A stretch of DNA of 62,929 nt, filler included, from Perkinsus chesapeaki ATCC PRA-425 (GCA_013115145.1; 9 parts of 9 records of this genome joined end to end with filler, not necessarily neighbours in it); one strand, 5' to 3'. Counted from the first letter of the whole stretch, positions 22,487 through 36,476 are shown. A program made the numbers and translations. Notes: generated by a model from the letters alone, not told the origin.

Positions 22487-25400
22487 TTATCTTTGCGCAA
22501 GGCAATCTGCAATCTGACGACCGTAGAGTTCAAACCTCTTCGGCACCGCTAAAGCACATCGAACCGCGTTTAACGCATCACTGCTCGCATCACACTCCAC
22601 GAGCTTGTCGATTTCTCTGTCTGTAAGGATCTTCTGTGGCGGTAAATCTTCATCAATACTGGAAGCTATCTTCCTTCTAGTGGCATCCAACTTCATGTAC
22701 ATCATCCCATGCTTGCCTCCACCGTTGCCCTCCGAGCAAGTTGCGTTCCCGAAAACCCTTGTTAAACAGTTGCCCAGGTCTCCGCTTTTCGGCGACCAAA
22801 TGGTAGAAGGAACCGAGCGTCGACCACGCACTTTAAAGGTGACATAGGAGTACACCGAGTAAGCGGTCGCATTGAACGTCTCCATCAAGCAACCGGCGCG
22901 AAGAAGGCAAACTACAACTACCGCGATGTCTTCCACTCCACAATGCAGAACTTTTCGGCATTTCTCGCTCAGCTTCAACAGTGTCATTTTTTCGTCCTTT
23001 TGCGAGGCTTTCTCTAGCTGGTTGAAAATGACATCGGCGATGGACTTGCCATCCGTCCCCGACTTTGCACGTTTGGCTAGCGGCTCGCCAGAGTTCTCAA
23101 ATTGGCAAACATCACAGTAAGAGTCACAGGACGGAACGACACTGTCTCCCATGTGCGCCGATAGAAACCTTCGTCGACACTCATTGTTAGAGAATGCGTA
23201 CTGAGCTAAAGCGTAGAGCTCAGCCAAAGCGTTAGGCTTCCAGTAGACCATGACACTTTGCCGGCAAACGTCAAACGGTGAGGCCATCAGAATAGAGATT
23301 GCCGGCCGACCGTCACGTCCGCAGCGACCTGATGAAACAATGAAGTGGCTGTGGACTAGATAGGCTCACCGGACTCCTGTTGGTAGTGTTGAAGGGTCGG
23401 TGGTAAGGAGTAGTGGATCACCCACCGAACTCCGTCATGATGGACTCCCATCCCGAATGCAACTGTGGCTACGATTACTTCGCTTTCTCCTACCAACAAC
23501 AATAGCAAAAACGTGTGTAACAAGCCAAAGAGGAAGGGTAGAGGAGCACGAAGCGACAAAGATAATAACAATACCAGTGCTAAGCTTTAACAAAATTCTA
23601 AACGCAAAAATTTTCTGTCTTAGCAAAGACAATATCCAGTCGAGTAGGTGAAGGTCTCTACGATAGTGAGTGCGTGCGAGTGTTCTTATGTCTACCTGAA
23701 ACCCAAGACTTGTGGACAGCTGCTCTGCTGTCAGTGCCAAGATCGCCATGGTACCACACGGAGGGGATGCCGGCCTGTTTTAAGCGAGCGCAAACATCTT
23801 CGGTCTCGCGTCGGCTTAGGCAGTATACAATACCACACCTCGACGTGCTTGATAATCTGAGCATGGCTCGATTCTGTGGAACCTGCTAAACAACTTACTT
23901 CGTCACCGTGTCGATGAGCAACTCCATCGCTTTCTCCTCTACCCTCGGCTTAAGGAGCACTTTGTAGTATATGTTAGGACGATCGCCAGGAGCTCGTTTG
24001 ATACTGGTTCGGCTGCGATCGAGGGCCAGCCGTCCGCAGATATCATCGACAACTTGTGGAGTTGCCGTTGCTGTCGTTGCCACTATAGGGACGCCAGGAA
24101 AATGCTTTCTGAGGTAGCCTGGTCGGAGTCCAGTCTCGGACCTTACCTCAGCATGCCAAGTTTGAGATAGTCTTGTCGGAAATCATGGCCCCACTGCGAT
24201 ATGCAATGCGCCTCATCAACTGCTATAAGACCGATGCCCTTGGATTCGTGGAGGCGACCAAGAAGGTTCATAAATTGAGTACTCTTTGCAATCCGCTCTG
24301 GTGTGACGAACAGTATCTATTTCGTATCAACTATTTTCCAGAGCTCCCTAAGTCTCGACAGAATGACAGAACAAAAACATAATGCGAGCTCGGACGCGGT
24401 TTGTGCATTTTCGAACCAGCCAATTTCCACAGCTCTAATCGGCACGACAGCGATGACTTAAATCTTCAATTGTTCACACGATTATAATGAGTCCCATCCC
24501 AGGGGACTGACTACCCCTGATGGACCTTGTACTCCATCAATCTTACATCGACAGACATATCTTTCAGCTCCTTACGTATAGTAGTCTGCTCTTGTCTAGA
24601 TTTTTGTGAACTCAAAAGTCGAGCCTTCACACCAACAGCAATTAAGGATGCAACCTAAAGCACGTTGCATCTTTATTGGCATCACCGAGTCAAGAAGATG
24701 TTGAAATGTGCCCCTTCAGTCACTGAAAGGGCATTGTTTTCACTGTAGTCACTAAAGTTCAGTGCAAGTCGTATAAAAGTGAGCGAGTGGTGACCACGAT
24801 AACCCTCAGGCATTGATTCTGGGCGCCATGAAATAGCGTAGTTCTCACCTGATCGTGCATGAGCGATAAAAGCGGAGACACGACAACGGTGAGCCTCTTA
24901 GTCGCCGTCGCCTTGGTGCCTGACTTGGTCGATGCTAGTTGATATGAGCCAACTTACCCATTAATATGGCCGGTAATTGATACACCAAACTTTTGCCGCT
25001 TCCAGTAGGGGCGACCATGACGGCATCTGACCCACTCATAATAGCATTAATTACACTCAGTTGATGAGGACGGAACGATGCGATACCAAAGTATCTGAAA
25101 AAGCCACATGTGTCCCCTAAAGTCGGCGAGATTAGGCTTCGAATTGAACTTGAACTTTTAGGCGCCCACCACGTAGTGAGCTTGCAGTGTGTGTGTATTT
25201 TATAGACCAACGGCGAGTAAGGCTTAGTTAGACCAAGCTGGAACTGAGCTTGGAAATCACAACGTTGGCGTATCTACGCACTTCCTTATTTTCCATTTTT
25301 CCGGGGTATTTAACGCTTCCCTTACTAGTACGAATTCGACATTATTAACTTTTTGGCATTCCTTACGGAATTGACACCTGGACGAAAACCAAGTCTGAAG

Positions 25401-25784
25401 CGCGTTTTTGCGTCGAGCCAAATTCGGGGAGAAATTATGGTAGCTCCAGTGTAGCTAATTAAAACTGCATACTCTTCAGCAGCCTCTCGCACCGCATGGT
25501 CCCAGGAGTATCCGGAATCATTCCAGACACACATTGGCGGAGAGGGAGTTGATGAGCAGGAGGAGTTGCGCAGCACTGACAGCTTCGACCGCAGCACCTG
25601 AGGAGGCACTAGGAGTCTCGGGCACACTAATCGATCTGGTGTTGTCTCTCGACATGGCACAGGAGGAGTAGTTTACGTCTCTTCGACACTTCAGTTCTTC
25701 TATCTGTAAATTGATAACCTCCAGCTCGTTCTCAATGTCAGTCACCGAGTCAGCATCCTCGTCCAGCGAGACCACCTCTGACAT
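22487..25784 (-). CDS. recQ: RecQ-family DNA helicase (multi-exon)
   Basis: [36 protein letters not shown] (motifs 0 and I), [62 protein letters not shown] and the Zn-binding [20 protein letters not shown]. Confidence 0.95.
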
Positions 25785-26674
25785 TTACTTTCACACTGCT
25801 AGGGGGAGATGGCGAGCATTCCCAAACATTTCTATTGGATTTGCCGAAAATCATTTTAGCAGTTCCACAGTAATGCTTCCACCGGAGTTCCTCTTTTACT
25901 CGTTAAGTATAGTCGGTTCGAAGCTGCCGCAATGAAAGGCTTGCACTAGTGCCAACACAATTCTAGATAGCACAGAAGCCATCGGAGGCAAGGTTCAGCA
26001 GTAGGAGTATTGCATTGATAAACTCGTCGAGTGCTCTTAGCATAGCTCGTCTCCTCAGTGCCTCTGGAAACAGTATTGTGTTTTGCAAATGCTTCTCCGT
26101 AAATCTTTTCTCCACGGACAGAGGTCCTCTTCCTCTTCACCACATGCTCAGTTCCTCGATCGACTTCTGCGTTACAGTTTAATACGATATCTTCAAGCAC
26201 GTACAAATGTGGCATGCGCATCACATCAGGTAGATTCCAGAATCTTCAAGTATCAACTTACCGCCTGAAAACTCGATCAGAAAATCGATCTCCCATCTGA
26301 AGTTCCACTGTTAGTCTGCCTCAGCTCGACCCAAGTCACATCTCACTGAAACATTTAACAACTCAACAAAAGTAGCAGAGCTGCAAAACACATCTGCCAC
26401 TCATCGTTCGTGTCACGTTATCGCGTTTCGTTCCAACAAGACAAACCCCTCTCGAAGAGAGTCCCTCCGCTGCATGGAAAGTAACTGGCTCGGTTTGTTA
26501 TCAACTTAACGAAAGCCGTGCTGAGGCGGACGTCGCGGTAATTCACAGCAGTATAGCTCTTGTCCTGACCAAGCCCTGGGCGTGTAACTATATCAACACA
26601 ACTCGAATGCCGAGTAGGCCTCGGAAATAAAACTACAACATCGAATACCATAACGTTCACTCCCCATACTATTA

Positions 26675-29600
26675 TCAACGATAGGACCTGACAAACAACA
26701 ACAACAACAACAATCACAAATTGGATCAACCGCCACCACCAACGGAAGGCTCACCTTCTCTCTCTCGAGGAGGATCTGCGTCTTCTTCTGGATCTCTCGC
26801 CCGACCTAGATCTCGACCGAGAGTCTCTGCGGTGCCGACGTCTACTTGATGATTTGTCTTCCTCTCGAGCGGACCTCCTCCTTCTCGAAGACGACCTCCT
26901 GCGCTCGTGGGACCGTGAACGACTCCTTCGACGCGAACGTGACTTGTCCGGAGATGCCATTGAATCATCTAAGTATCAAAAGATATACATGCGTATCGAA
27001 ATTGCTGTCAAGTCCTCAAGGTAAGATACAACAACCGAGACCAGGTTCAGAGGGGATAGACCGCGCAGCAAAGATTGCGATGCATCCATTGAAGATGCCA
27101 TAAACACATACGAAAAGCCTTCCATAAAACCATGTCAAATTCTGAACCAGAATTCAGCACGTGACAATGCTCTGGTTTGGAAAGAGATCAGAACTTGTCA
27201 GCTCTGTCACCACCCACCTCTGGACTGCTGTCGCCTTCTGTCTTTTCTATCTTCATCATCATCAACCTTCTCCATCCCTTCATCATCGCCCTCCTTTCTC
27301 TTCGGGCTTGCTTCCTCCATCTTATCATCATCCTTTCCCTTACCTGCATCCTCTTCCTGCTCACCATCACCAGCTGACGCCACAGTCGCTTCAGTGAACT
27401 CGGCAAAGCTGTACGGAATTGAGGCTATCTTTTGCTCGATCTGACACCACCAGATCTCAACACAAATTCTTCCTGCCACTCAAGAAGACTTTTGTATTCA
27501 TTCGATACTGTTTCGGTCGGAGGTCGCTTCGCTACGCCACAGCGCCCTACAGGCTGTGGAGCAGAGGATAAGACGATCCCGGGGACCTCGAAGATATTTA
27601 AAAATTGTATATTGTCACAGTAAATACCGTCATTAACGGTAAGCATTGCTCACGATAAAGACTAGTCCCAACGAATAAAAGTAAGGTCCAATTCAGCTCC
27701 ATAACTCCAGTCCCCAGCCATGGAGAGACAGAAATGGCGCTGCGAAAAGTTAATGCAGAACCTTCTTAATGCAAGACTAAGACGGCCATGCATCGTATCA
27801 ATTTTATAATAACTAATCCCCTCGCCAATCAACGGTCTTAGCTATGTCACACACTGCTCGCCACGGAGCAGCTGGTCCGTTACTGCGATTTGCTACTAAT
27901 CCAGCGAACGAATAAATTCACTCAATCAAGTTCCCACCAACTTCTCTACAAAATATGCATTTACCAAAATCAATTTCGCCACAAAGCTCCCGTCACCGAG
28001 CGCCTACCTGTTCACGCGTTTGCTCCAGCAACTCCTTACTCTCCGAATTGTGGTGCCTCGGCAGATAGAACACAGACGGCTGGGCGTTCGTGCGGATGAA
28101 GCCTGTCATTTGCCTGGTACACGAGAGCTAGAGGTGTCAGAAAAAGACCACTTACTTGTAGTGAGATTGCAAACGCAGCTTCAACAACTCTATTTTTTTC
28201 GCCTCCATTTCCTTAACCACTTGCTCCTGACAACACTCGCTAATTCCCCACCCGTTCGTCGAATTCCCTACCAGTCTTTCGCGATCTTGACGCCTCCTCT
28301 CCTCCCACTCCAAACGCCTAATTTCTCGTAAATTATTTCTCTGCCTCGCCAGCTTAGCCTCGACCCTTTGAGTACATTCCTCCTGACCTGAACCACAACC
28401 ACCGCTATTGGCTTCTTAAAAGTGAGTTACCAACTTTCCACCAAAGCTACGTGATAATTACGCTACCCCCCCCAGAGCCTTCCTTGCCAACGCTATTGGC
28501 CAATGCACTCGCTTACTTCTACTTTTACATATTCCTACATCTTCTATAACTTTTCCATTTGACCAGGAGCACCTTTCCAAACGACACGAGGAATTCCACG
28601 TCCTAGTTCTCGTATTAATGTTCAGTTCTACTTCTTAATATTTTACTTCTCTACTCCCCTCCAAGTAGCTTATTGCCTTACGTTGAGTCGTCTCCCTTTT
28701 TTTATCCCTCTCCAACCTCTGTTTGGCACTTCCAAGATGACCCAGGAGATTCCCAAACATCCTCCTATTTCGTTTGATACTTTCTTTAATCTAAATAACC
28801 ATAATAATAGCAGCTCTGATGCCGACCAATTATATTAATAAACGATATCCTTTTAATATTCTTCCCCATGCTCGGAAGTATACACTCACCGACCTTCATC
28901 ATGCAATTGTGAGTTTTCCCAGCGAAAAGTTGAGATTTCCGAATATTAAAATAAACCTTGCACTGATTCATTTGTAATAGTGAATATGATACTCTCCAAT
29001 TCACACCGCTAACATATTGAGGGTCGAATGGGATATAGAACTAATAACATTGGTTTAATAATGAAAGATGAAATTGAAAGCATAAAACATATTGAAATGT
29101 TTTGAATTTTTTACTAAGAAATAAAAAACTGAATAATTAATAATAAAGAGTGTTACCCAACCTAACAGCTTCAAGCAGTTACCTATCAACATCTAAACGA
29201 AGCAACTGTCCACCCATTGAGTTCCATTACGCTGAGACTTATCAAAATTAACAACCAAAGCACCCTACATTACACCTCCTAACATCAACCCTATTCCCCG
29301 TCAACCAGCTCCCTCCCATGGTCCTACCTGTGGACTAGCTTCCGAGAACCCTCCCAACTCGCTCTGTATAAACCTCGCCTTGGCTTCCTTCTCCCGCTGC
29401 TCTTCAGGCAATTCCTCTCCCCTAGATCCACCCTGTGTTTGCTGTCGTCCTCCTCTGCCATCTGCCCAACAACTTTCTTGCGCGCCACGAAATTAACCTC
29501 TTACCAGCAGTTTCTCCAGTATCCCCACCTGCCTCATCATCCTGGTCATAATCAACAATCCCGCCGACCTCATTCGCATCGACTGGCGGTGGTTTAGTCT

Positions 29601-30244
29601 CTGCAAGTCGTTCTTGAATCCGAGCGCTAAAATACAGGAAAAATGCCTCTCCCGGGATTCGAACCTTGAACCACTAATACATTGAAAAGCGTTGTCTACG
29701 TACATGTGGCGATGTCCCAAACAAGTCGTAGTGATAATGTAATGTAATGAAACGGTTGGAAGATACCCTCCATCATAGGTTATAAAACCAATCCATATTA
29801 ATAATAGTTCATATAATCTACTTTACACCGTTCGAGCGCCCTTTCAAAATGTAAAATTGAATTCACTAATCTTCAATCAAAGATGTAGTATTAGTACATT
29901 CATATATATAATTTATATCCCTCCTAGACTCCTTCTCGATGGTGGTGGTAGTAAATGGCGGCACTTTTCATTCCACACAGACGACCGAGGCTTCCCATTA
30001 CGACCAAGATGGAAAGTAATGGAAGGTCTTTAGTGACACACTTCGATTCACAGGCCTATATGATCCCCTCCTTTAATCCTCCCTATTACTGTTCTTCCCT
30101 CAACTTGTCCATTTCCCTATTAATATCATGCTCATCCCCTCTTTCCCTGTCATCCTTATTTCTCACCGGACTCGTCGATAAGGAATCCTTTCTAGTGCGA
30201 GATGACGTCCTCCTGCTGCCGGTTGCTGCTGCTGAAGTTGACAT
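26675..30244 (-). CDS. PNN: Pinin/SDK/memA-domain protein with C-terminal RS domain (multi-exon)
   Basis: KRNRRMFGNLLGHL near 28740-28780 and MTGFIRTNAQPSVFYLPRHHNSESKELLEQT near 28020-28110 are pinin signatures. Acidic exon 27218-27420. Phase-1 intron 26969-27217 joins the RS-rich ORF 26755-26968, and a last intron 26688-26754 gives ...RSYR*. The start at 30244 is tentative. Confidence 0.75.
29644..29718 (-). pseudogene. tRNA-like relic (B-box) inside a pinin intron
   Basis: Perfect GGTTCGAATCCC followed by a T-run; no convincing cloverleaf. Confidence 0.3.
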
Positions 30245-30349
30245 TGCCTCAAGGACAAAAGGAGCGCGCCACGAAATTACAGCCCAAAGCTACTGACTGA
30301 CATCCCAAGCGCTCAACGCAACAATCCAAAGCAAGAATCGCTGAGCACG

Positions 30350-31520
30350 TTAGTCTGGCATGCTTTCCATCAAAAGGTCTCGAGTTCGTTCCTCGGCATC
30401 CTTATAACTCTTTCACACCACATAACTTGGCACATGGTTTCATTATGCTTCCTCGAAGATTCCTAAGAATAACCAACTACGGCGAGCTGACTACAAACCA
30501 TAGCGAAGTCTCGATTGCGAATCTTTCTAGCACACATCGAAGGCAAAGAGTAAGAACAACAAACAACCTCGAGCAGCTTCAAAGATCTCCAATGCTTAAA
30601 CATATGTACATATGATCCAAGAATCCAACTGCGCTAGATTCTGGTCATCTGTTCGGCTTGAAATTATTAATGCAGGGGAGTCCCTCGGCCCCCTGGACGT
30701 CTGCCCACCTGGAAATGCACTCCCTAACAAAATGAGCAGCTTTGTGGCCACCATCAATGTCCATTGTAATAGTTGGTGTGTGTCGACACCAATGCATCGA
30801 TTTCATATCCAACCAGGAGGCGTCATGCAACCGATGGTGCTGAGGGACAAATCATACCCTGTCCAGTTGAGGACGATGAGCAACGGAAGGAATGTACCTT
30901 ATCTCTATCTGTATTTCACATTCACAGAATCCTCTATTTCCCAGTCTGGGGGCTCCTACGGTACAAGTCCGTAGACCGCGTTGGGAGCACATTGAGAAAG
31001 AATGCGTCAACACGAACCTTGAAAATTGCACCAAAACATCTTCCTTCAGTCGAGCATGTCTGTCCATGGAGCAAAATATTTACAGCTCGATGGCCAACTA
31101 TGTGAACTACCAAACAGTCGCGCGCATCCCCAAACCAAATATGATACATCCTACTTAGAATGGAAATGTGATAACACATCCATCAGGATCGTATCAGCCT
31201 AATCCACATCCTCGACAATGAAATACACCTGGGCAGCGATTCAGGCCCCGCGGCCGCCCGCCAGCGCTAGCAGCTCCAAGAGACTCGAAAGCCAAGCGTT
31301 AGCACTACCTTCCCCAAAACTCTATTTTCGATCATTACTTCCAAAATCTCACACGAATGTTGTCTATGTAAATCATTAAGAATCTCAATCGTCACCGACG
31401 AGGCAATATTATCCAAATGAATCACTCGAACCGTTCTTCCCCTCTTCCACCCCCTACCTCTGCCTCGCTCCGACAGCCCTCCACGGCTCCTCGAATATCT
31501 CGAAAAAGCGTCTGGTCATG
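30350..31520 (-). CDS. Hypothetical multi-exon gene
   Basis: Several short protein-like exons bounded by GT/AG, ending ...EERTRDLLMESMPD*. No domain recognised; start uncertain. Confidence 0.35.
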
Positions 31521-31682
31521 CAAATGCCAATCAATGCATTGCCGACACTCCGACGAAATAGAAATAACCATCAACGTCTGCAAACTACCGCGCGCCACAA
31601 AATTAATACAAACTAAAACAAAACCACTTCAAACAGAGACAAAGCTCGGGAAAACTAATAAAAAATCGTCAAAGGAAAAAAG

Positions 31683-34600
31683 TCACTCGCCACAAAATTG
31701 CCTCCAGGCTTCAGCGAGTCTCTGTATTCCCAGACGTATCTCTTCCTCCGGATAGAATGCCCATGACAGCCGAATGCAGTCCTGACCGCAACTGCTGTCA
31801 ACTGAGGTACGCACACCTGAGCGATATCGATCATGTGATGATGATGAAAATAATTATCTTACCTGGAAGAAAGCCAACCCCTTTGTCGCGGCAGAACTCG
31901 AGAAAATCTGTAGTGTTCTTGCCATCAGGCATTCTGATAAGGATTAACATTCTCTATGTTGTCTCCACCAAGATTCGAACACACGCCTCTTGCATAAGAG
32001 CACGCCGCTCTACCGCTAGGCCATAACTCCATACTACTTCTTGAACTTCAACCATAGGAAGTAACCGCCCGTAGGGACGTGACAAGTGACATATTCCGAC
32101 ATACACTCCTTTAACGCCGATACCATCTCTCCCAATCGTGACGTATGGATCCTTCGCACGTCATCCTAAACGCAATCAACTGACCACAAAAAAACAAACA
32201 ACAGCAACTCGCCAAATACAATCGCTCGTCGGGGAGAGCGATCACCAGGCTAAGCCGAAACTCCCGCGAGGGAGTGACGAATTGCTCGGCCATAAAACTT
32301 TACGACTCGCAAGATCATCGCGAAACCTAATCGAGCTTATGAGAAGTGATTCTGCTTAGTGGAACCCTGGGAATACCAATGCCGCGTCATCTCGCTAAGG
32401 AGCCTGGAAAAACTTCATTATTTTTTTCAAACACTAAATTCAAAGATCAGCCTCCACCGGGTGGAGTCCACCCAAGGATTTTTCTCACTCGCCACGAAAT
32501 CCCCGAGCTGCCTCGCCTCGCACGTTTATATAGCTTCTTCGCGCCACAGACATTTTCAAATCTTCAAACCTCACTTTCCCGGAAAATTCATCCGAAAAGT
32601 GAACCTCATTATTCTCCTTCTAACTATTACCAAATGCTCCTTTAAATGTCCGTCCATCATCAGCTGTGTCACAGCTTCAACCAAAACCGGAGGAGGGCCA
32701 CCGCCGCTCACTGAAGGTCGAGATACGATTATACCACGCCGCCAAAACTCACACAAAACTCCACTCGGCATTATCTTCGGTATGTTTTCGGGATGAGTAT
32801 GATACCAACCCAGACGGAGTCCCGGTGCCAGTATCTACGGAAAAAACATCCGAAAATTTTCCACGTCACCAAATCAAGCAAAGAAACATTTTAATTAATT
32901 TTTCCGCGGAGGACCGCCTGAAAAATCCGCCCATTTGCTGTATGCTTTCCGGGACATCAGCCTATATAATACTACTAATACATCGATAAGAAACCTAATC
33001 AGGAACAATGTCCATCTCCCGGAGCTCGGCCTCCAGTGGCTCTACTGCTGACTAGGCTGCAAGCTGTCTTTGTTATAATACTAGTTTGGTAGTGTGTGCG
33101 CGATTCAAGTGAGATAAATACAGCATTTATTAATATATATATTAGTCATAATAAGGTCTATAACCTTACATCAATATTATATAGTATTATCAACTATAGT
33201 TTGAGTTGATATATTAGTAATAACATTATACTTCTTTTAATCTATACAACCTATCTCAAGCCCAAGCAACCCCATCAAGATTCCCGAAAAAATCAATTAA
33301 TTTAGCCCTTCCTTCGGCCCGAGTAGTATCACCTTCGAAAACGATCCGCATACAACACACTGCTTCATCCACTCTTCATTTTCACAGGCCACTTGCATCA
33401 GCGATCGAATTGGTGGTGACCTGATTGATTTTATTATTAATATCTTCCCGATGTGATCCCACTTTACGATATTATTAGTAGAGTTAGCGTCGTAATAAAG
33501 AAGACCGTATGGTTCATCAGATATTACCTGACAAAAATCCTCCCACACAAGGTCGAACAGGGAAGGAAAATTGACGAAACTTTTCAGAAGAATCGAAAAA
33601 TCTCTTTACTGAATGACAGGATACTCTGTGGCTCCACCGAGCAAGGGCAACAGATCCTCTACGAGTCGTCGCCTAAATACGTCGGCCGGAGAGAAATTTT
33701 TTCGGAAAATTCCGATATGTTTTTCTGCCAATATTCAGCCGACTAGATTCCCTCTCTTCCTGGCCAACCTACAAAATGATGACCTACTGAAAATTAAATT
33801 GATCAAATCACCTCGAACAAGAAATTAATCTGCTCATCCGATCAAACTACGATTCCAGTAGGCATTAAATCGATCAACCGTTTCACCAAAACCGACCTTA
33901 GTACGAAAAAATTTCTAGCGCGCCTCAATATCCATCACTCCAGTTAAAACACGATCGTCAGTGTTGTAAAACTCTACTGTAACCAGACAGACGAAAGACG
34001 TTAATAAACTAATCGATCCTTAGGAAGCATTCCCACCAGAAAGTCATATTTGGTGGCAAGTTGCATAACTGCCCTCTGCCTCTCAGCACACAATACTGTC
34101 CCCCTTGGATTCTGATGGACTGGAACTAAAAATAAAATATACAACGCTTACCTTAAGCTCGAGGAAAATATAAACCACATTAAGCATTAACGTAAACACA
34201 GCTCACAGACTACTTTTCATTTCCTAACGAGTCAATGGCCCTGCGAGAAAAAGTAAGCGTGAATAATTCAACTTAAATCGCTGCTCTTATCTAACCCAAT
34301 GGAGATTTTCTTGTTCCCCGACTGGCTCGTTTAGTTAAAGCGTTACATCATTGTTATTTAATTAACTAATTTCCACTTGTTATTTTATTAACTACTTTCC
34401 ACTTGTTATTTTATTAACTAATTTCCACTTGTTATTCAATTAACTACTTTCTACTTGTTATTTTATTAACTAATTTCCACTTGTTATTTTATCATCTCCA
34501 GGATCTTCCCCGTTTCTTACTTGTGTAAAAAGCAGATACTTTCTTATCACATTTTTGAACAACTTTTTCCAGCTCCTCCGGAATGACCCCACCATCATCC

Positions 34601-36476
34601 ATTGGCACAGGATAAAGCCTCGCACCTAATCAAAATAATACCAAATTTAGTAATACGAACCTGCATTACGTAATACAGTTTAATAATTAGTTTTAACTTT
34701 AACAAGTATTACTTTCTTATTACTACTACTTCCTAACTTTTCTTTATTACTACTACTAATTAGTATTATTCAATACTCATAATCCTACTCCAAGGCACTA
34801 CTAAGTCTAATAGTATACTCCAACCTAATAGATACCACCCATATGCTTTAAGGTAACATAAATAAAACAACTATCCAATAAAAATATAGTTTATAAAACT
34901 CTCAAGAAAGGCCGTACAGTATATTTATAATAAAACTTAACGGTAATGATATTCCATAACATATCTCTTTAAAAAGATATTTCAAAATATTATTTCATCT
35001 ATCAACGTAGATTTTATTACATTTTTCAAGAATCCCTAAATTCCACCAAAACTCATTTTTGTTGTCTCCCTCGACACTACACGCTTGCTACCCCAAAATG
35101 CACGCTCGTGGTGAACTACACACGCTGGATTGAAGTACTGAAAAACTACACAACATTCTGCTCGATTTCTTCATTGAAGAGTAAACTCTAATTAGCTTGT
35201 AGAGCTCAGGGAGGTAAAGTATCTCTCAACATTGGCCGAGATTCCCTGTCCGTACTCGAGCGCTCCTGGTCGATACGTATCGGCCCTGCCTGGTCGGAAG
35301 CCTTTAATACCCTCACGTATCCACACGCAGTGAAATAACATACACTTTTGGAGCTCAGATATCACCGACCGAAATTTCAAGATTCCTTCTGAAAATTTCC
35401 GGAAAATGATCCCCTAGTTAGCCTACCAAGCCACGACAGCTTACAGGTATTGTAATAACTATAAAAGTACCCCCCCTACTACCTGCCTCCTCGAAGATCT
35501 TCCCCGCCAGAAAATAAGTATTGGCTTCCACCAGGACAACGGAGCCTGCAAAGTGGACAGTGGGAAAGATACTAACCTTGATACCGACCTGGACCTCCGA
35601 CGATTCCCTTGGCAAGTATGCTGAGAGATGCTGAGATACCAGATGATACTGCCAGCTCTTCAGGGTTAACTGGAGTACCGTACTCAGAAGCAAGCATCTG
35701 CTTTCGAGGATAATGATGAATGAGTTATTAATAATATTTAAATTAGCACATTTTATAAGTAATGGAATTCAACATAGCTGATATAAACGTACAGTAGACA
35801 CAATTGAGATTCTTCAGCACTACTAGATCAAGCTTTGAGATGCATAATCGGAGACAGAACTTAGGAGCAGTAAGCACACTCCTGATACTTCTTATAAGAC
35901 ACACAGACTGTTATATCTCATTTATCTTGTTTATTATCTCTATATATGTTATCTCATTTACCCCCATGCCCACCTCTCTCCTCTCTCTACCTTAGCCAGT
36001 TCCCCCCTAAATTGACTCGGTCCCTGTGTAGTAGCATATTGATACATACACCAATCCTTTACAGCTGCTTCACATCCTTTATCAATAGCACCCTTCAACA
36101 GCCTCGTTGGTACTGTACCTGGGCTCGCGATGAAATATATAAGGCTTTTACACTCAGTTATGAGAGCTATTCTATCAACTTGCGTACCCATATAAAAGAC
36201 TCCTACACATAGTTTAGTTTTCATACATAATTCCGGCAAATTTCAAGTCGCCTTTGTCTTCCCTAATCACAGCCGTTCAGATTGTAAATAGTGTTAATCC
36301 GATCCTGATCGATTGGCCATTTCACGCGGGTTCAGGAGACTGTATCTTTCTATACTCATCACTAAGTAGTTACCAATATTTCCAATATTACCTTCAGAGG
36401 GCTGGCCGATGGCGAAATTGATCCGATTTGGGGTCACTTTGGTTTGACAGTACTCGCTGAGCTGTACAGTCGACAT
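31683..36476 (-). CDS. PLP-dependent class I/II aminotransferase (2-aminoadipate transaminase / MocR-type catalytic domain), multi-exon
   Basis: Exons in order: INFAIGQP, YQYATTQGPSQFRGELAK, VVLVEANTYFLAGKIFEEAG, LYPVPMDDGGVIPEELE, PVHQNPRGT, VISDEPYGLLYY, GSFSK (PLP lysine), SGGGPPPVLVEAV and CIRLSWAFYPEEKIRLGIQRLAEAWRQFCGE*. Confidence 0.88.
34351..34492. repeat. Intronic minisatellite, 26-bp unit, about 5.5 copies, alternating variants
   Basis: Unit tttccacttgttattttattaacta(a/c); the last base alternates between a and c. Confidence 0.9.

Noticed and set aside
22487-25784. RecQ as transposon cargo linked to the Mutator element
   Set aside because: It lies on a different contig, is intron-rich, is flanked by host genes and has a normal cellular RecQ architecture.
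25946-26224. 92-aa ORF between pinin and RecQ
   Set aside because: No motif, and two frames are similarly open, so I cannot tell a small gene from UTR sequence.
34351-34492. Possible CRISPR array
   Set aside because: The units are directly tandem with no unique spacers, the context is a eukaryotic intron, and there are no cas genes.
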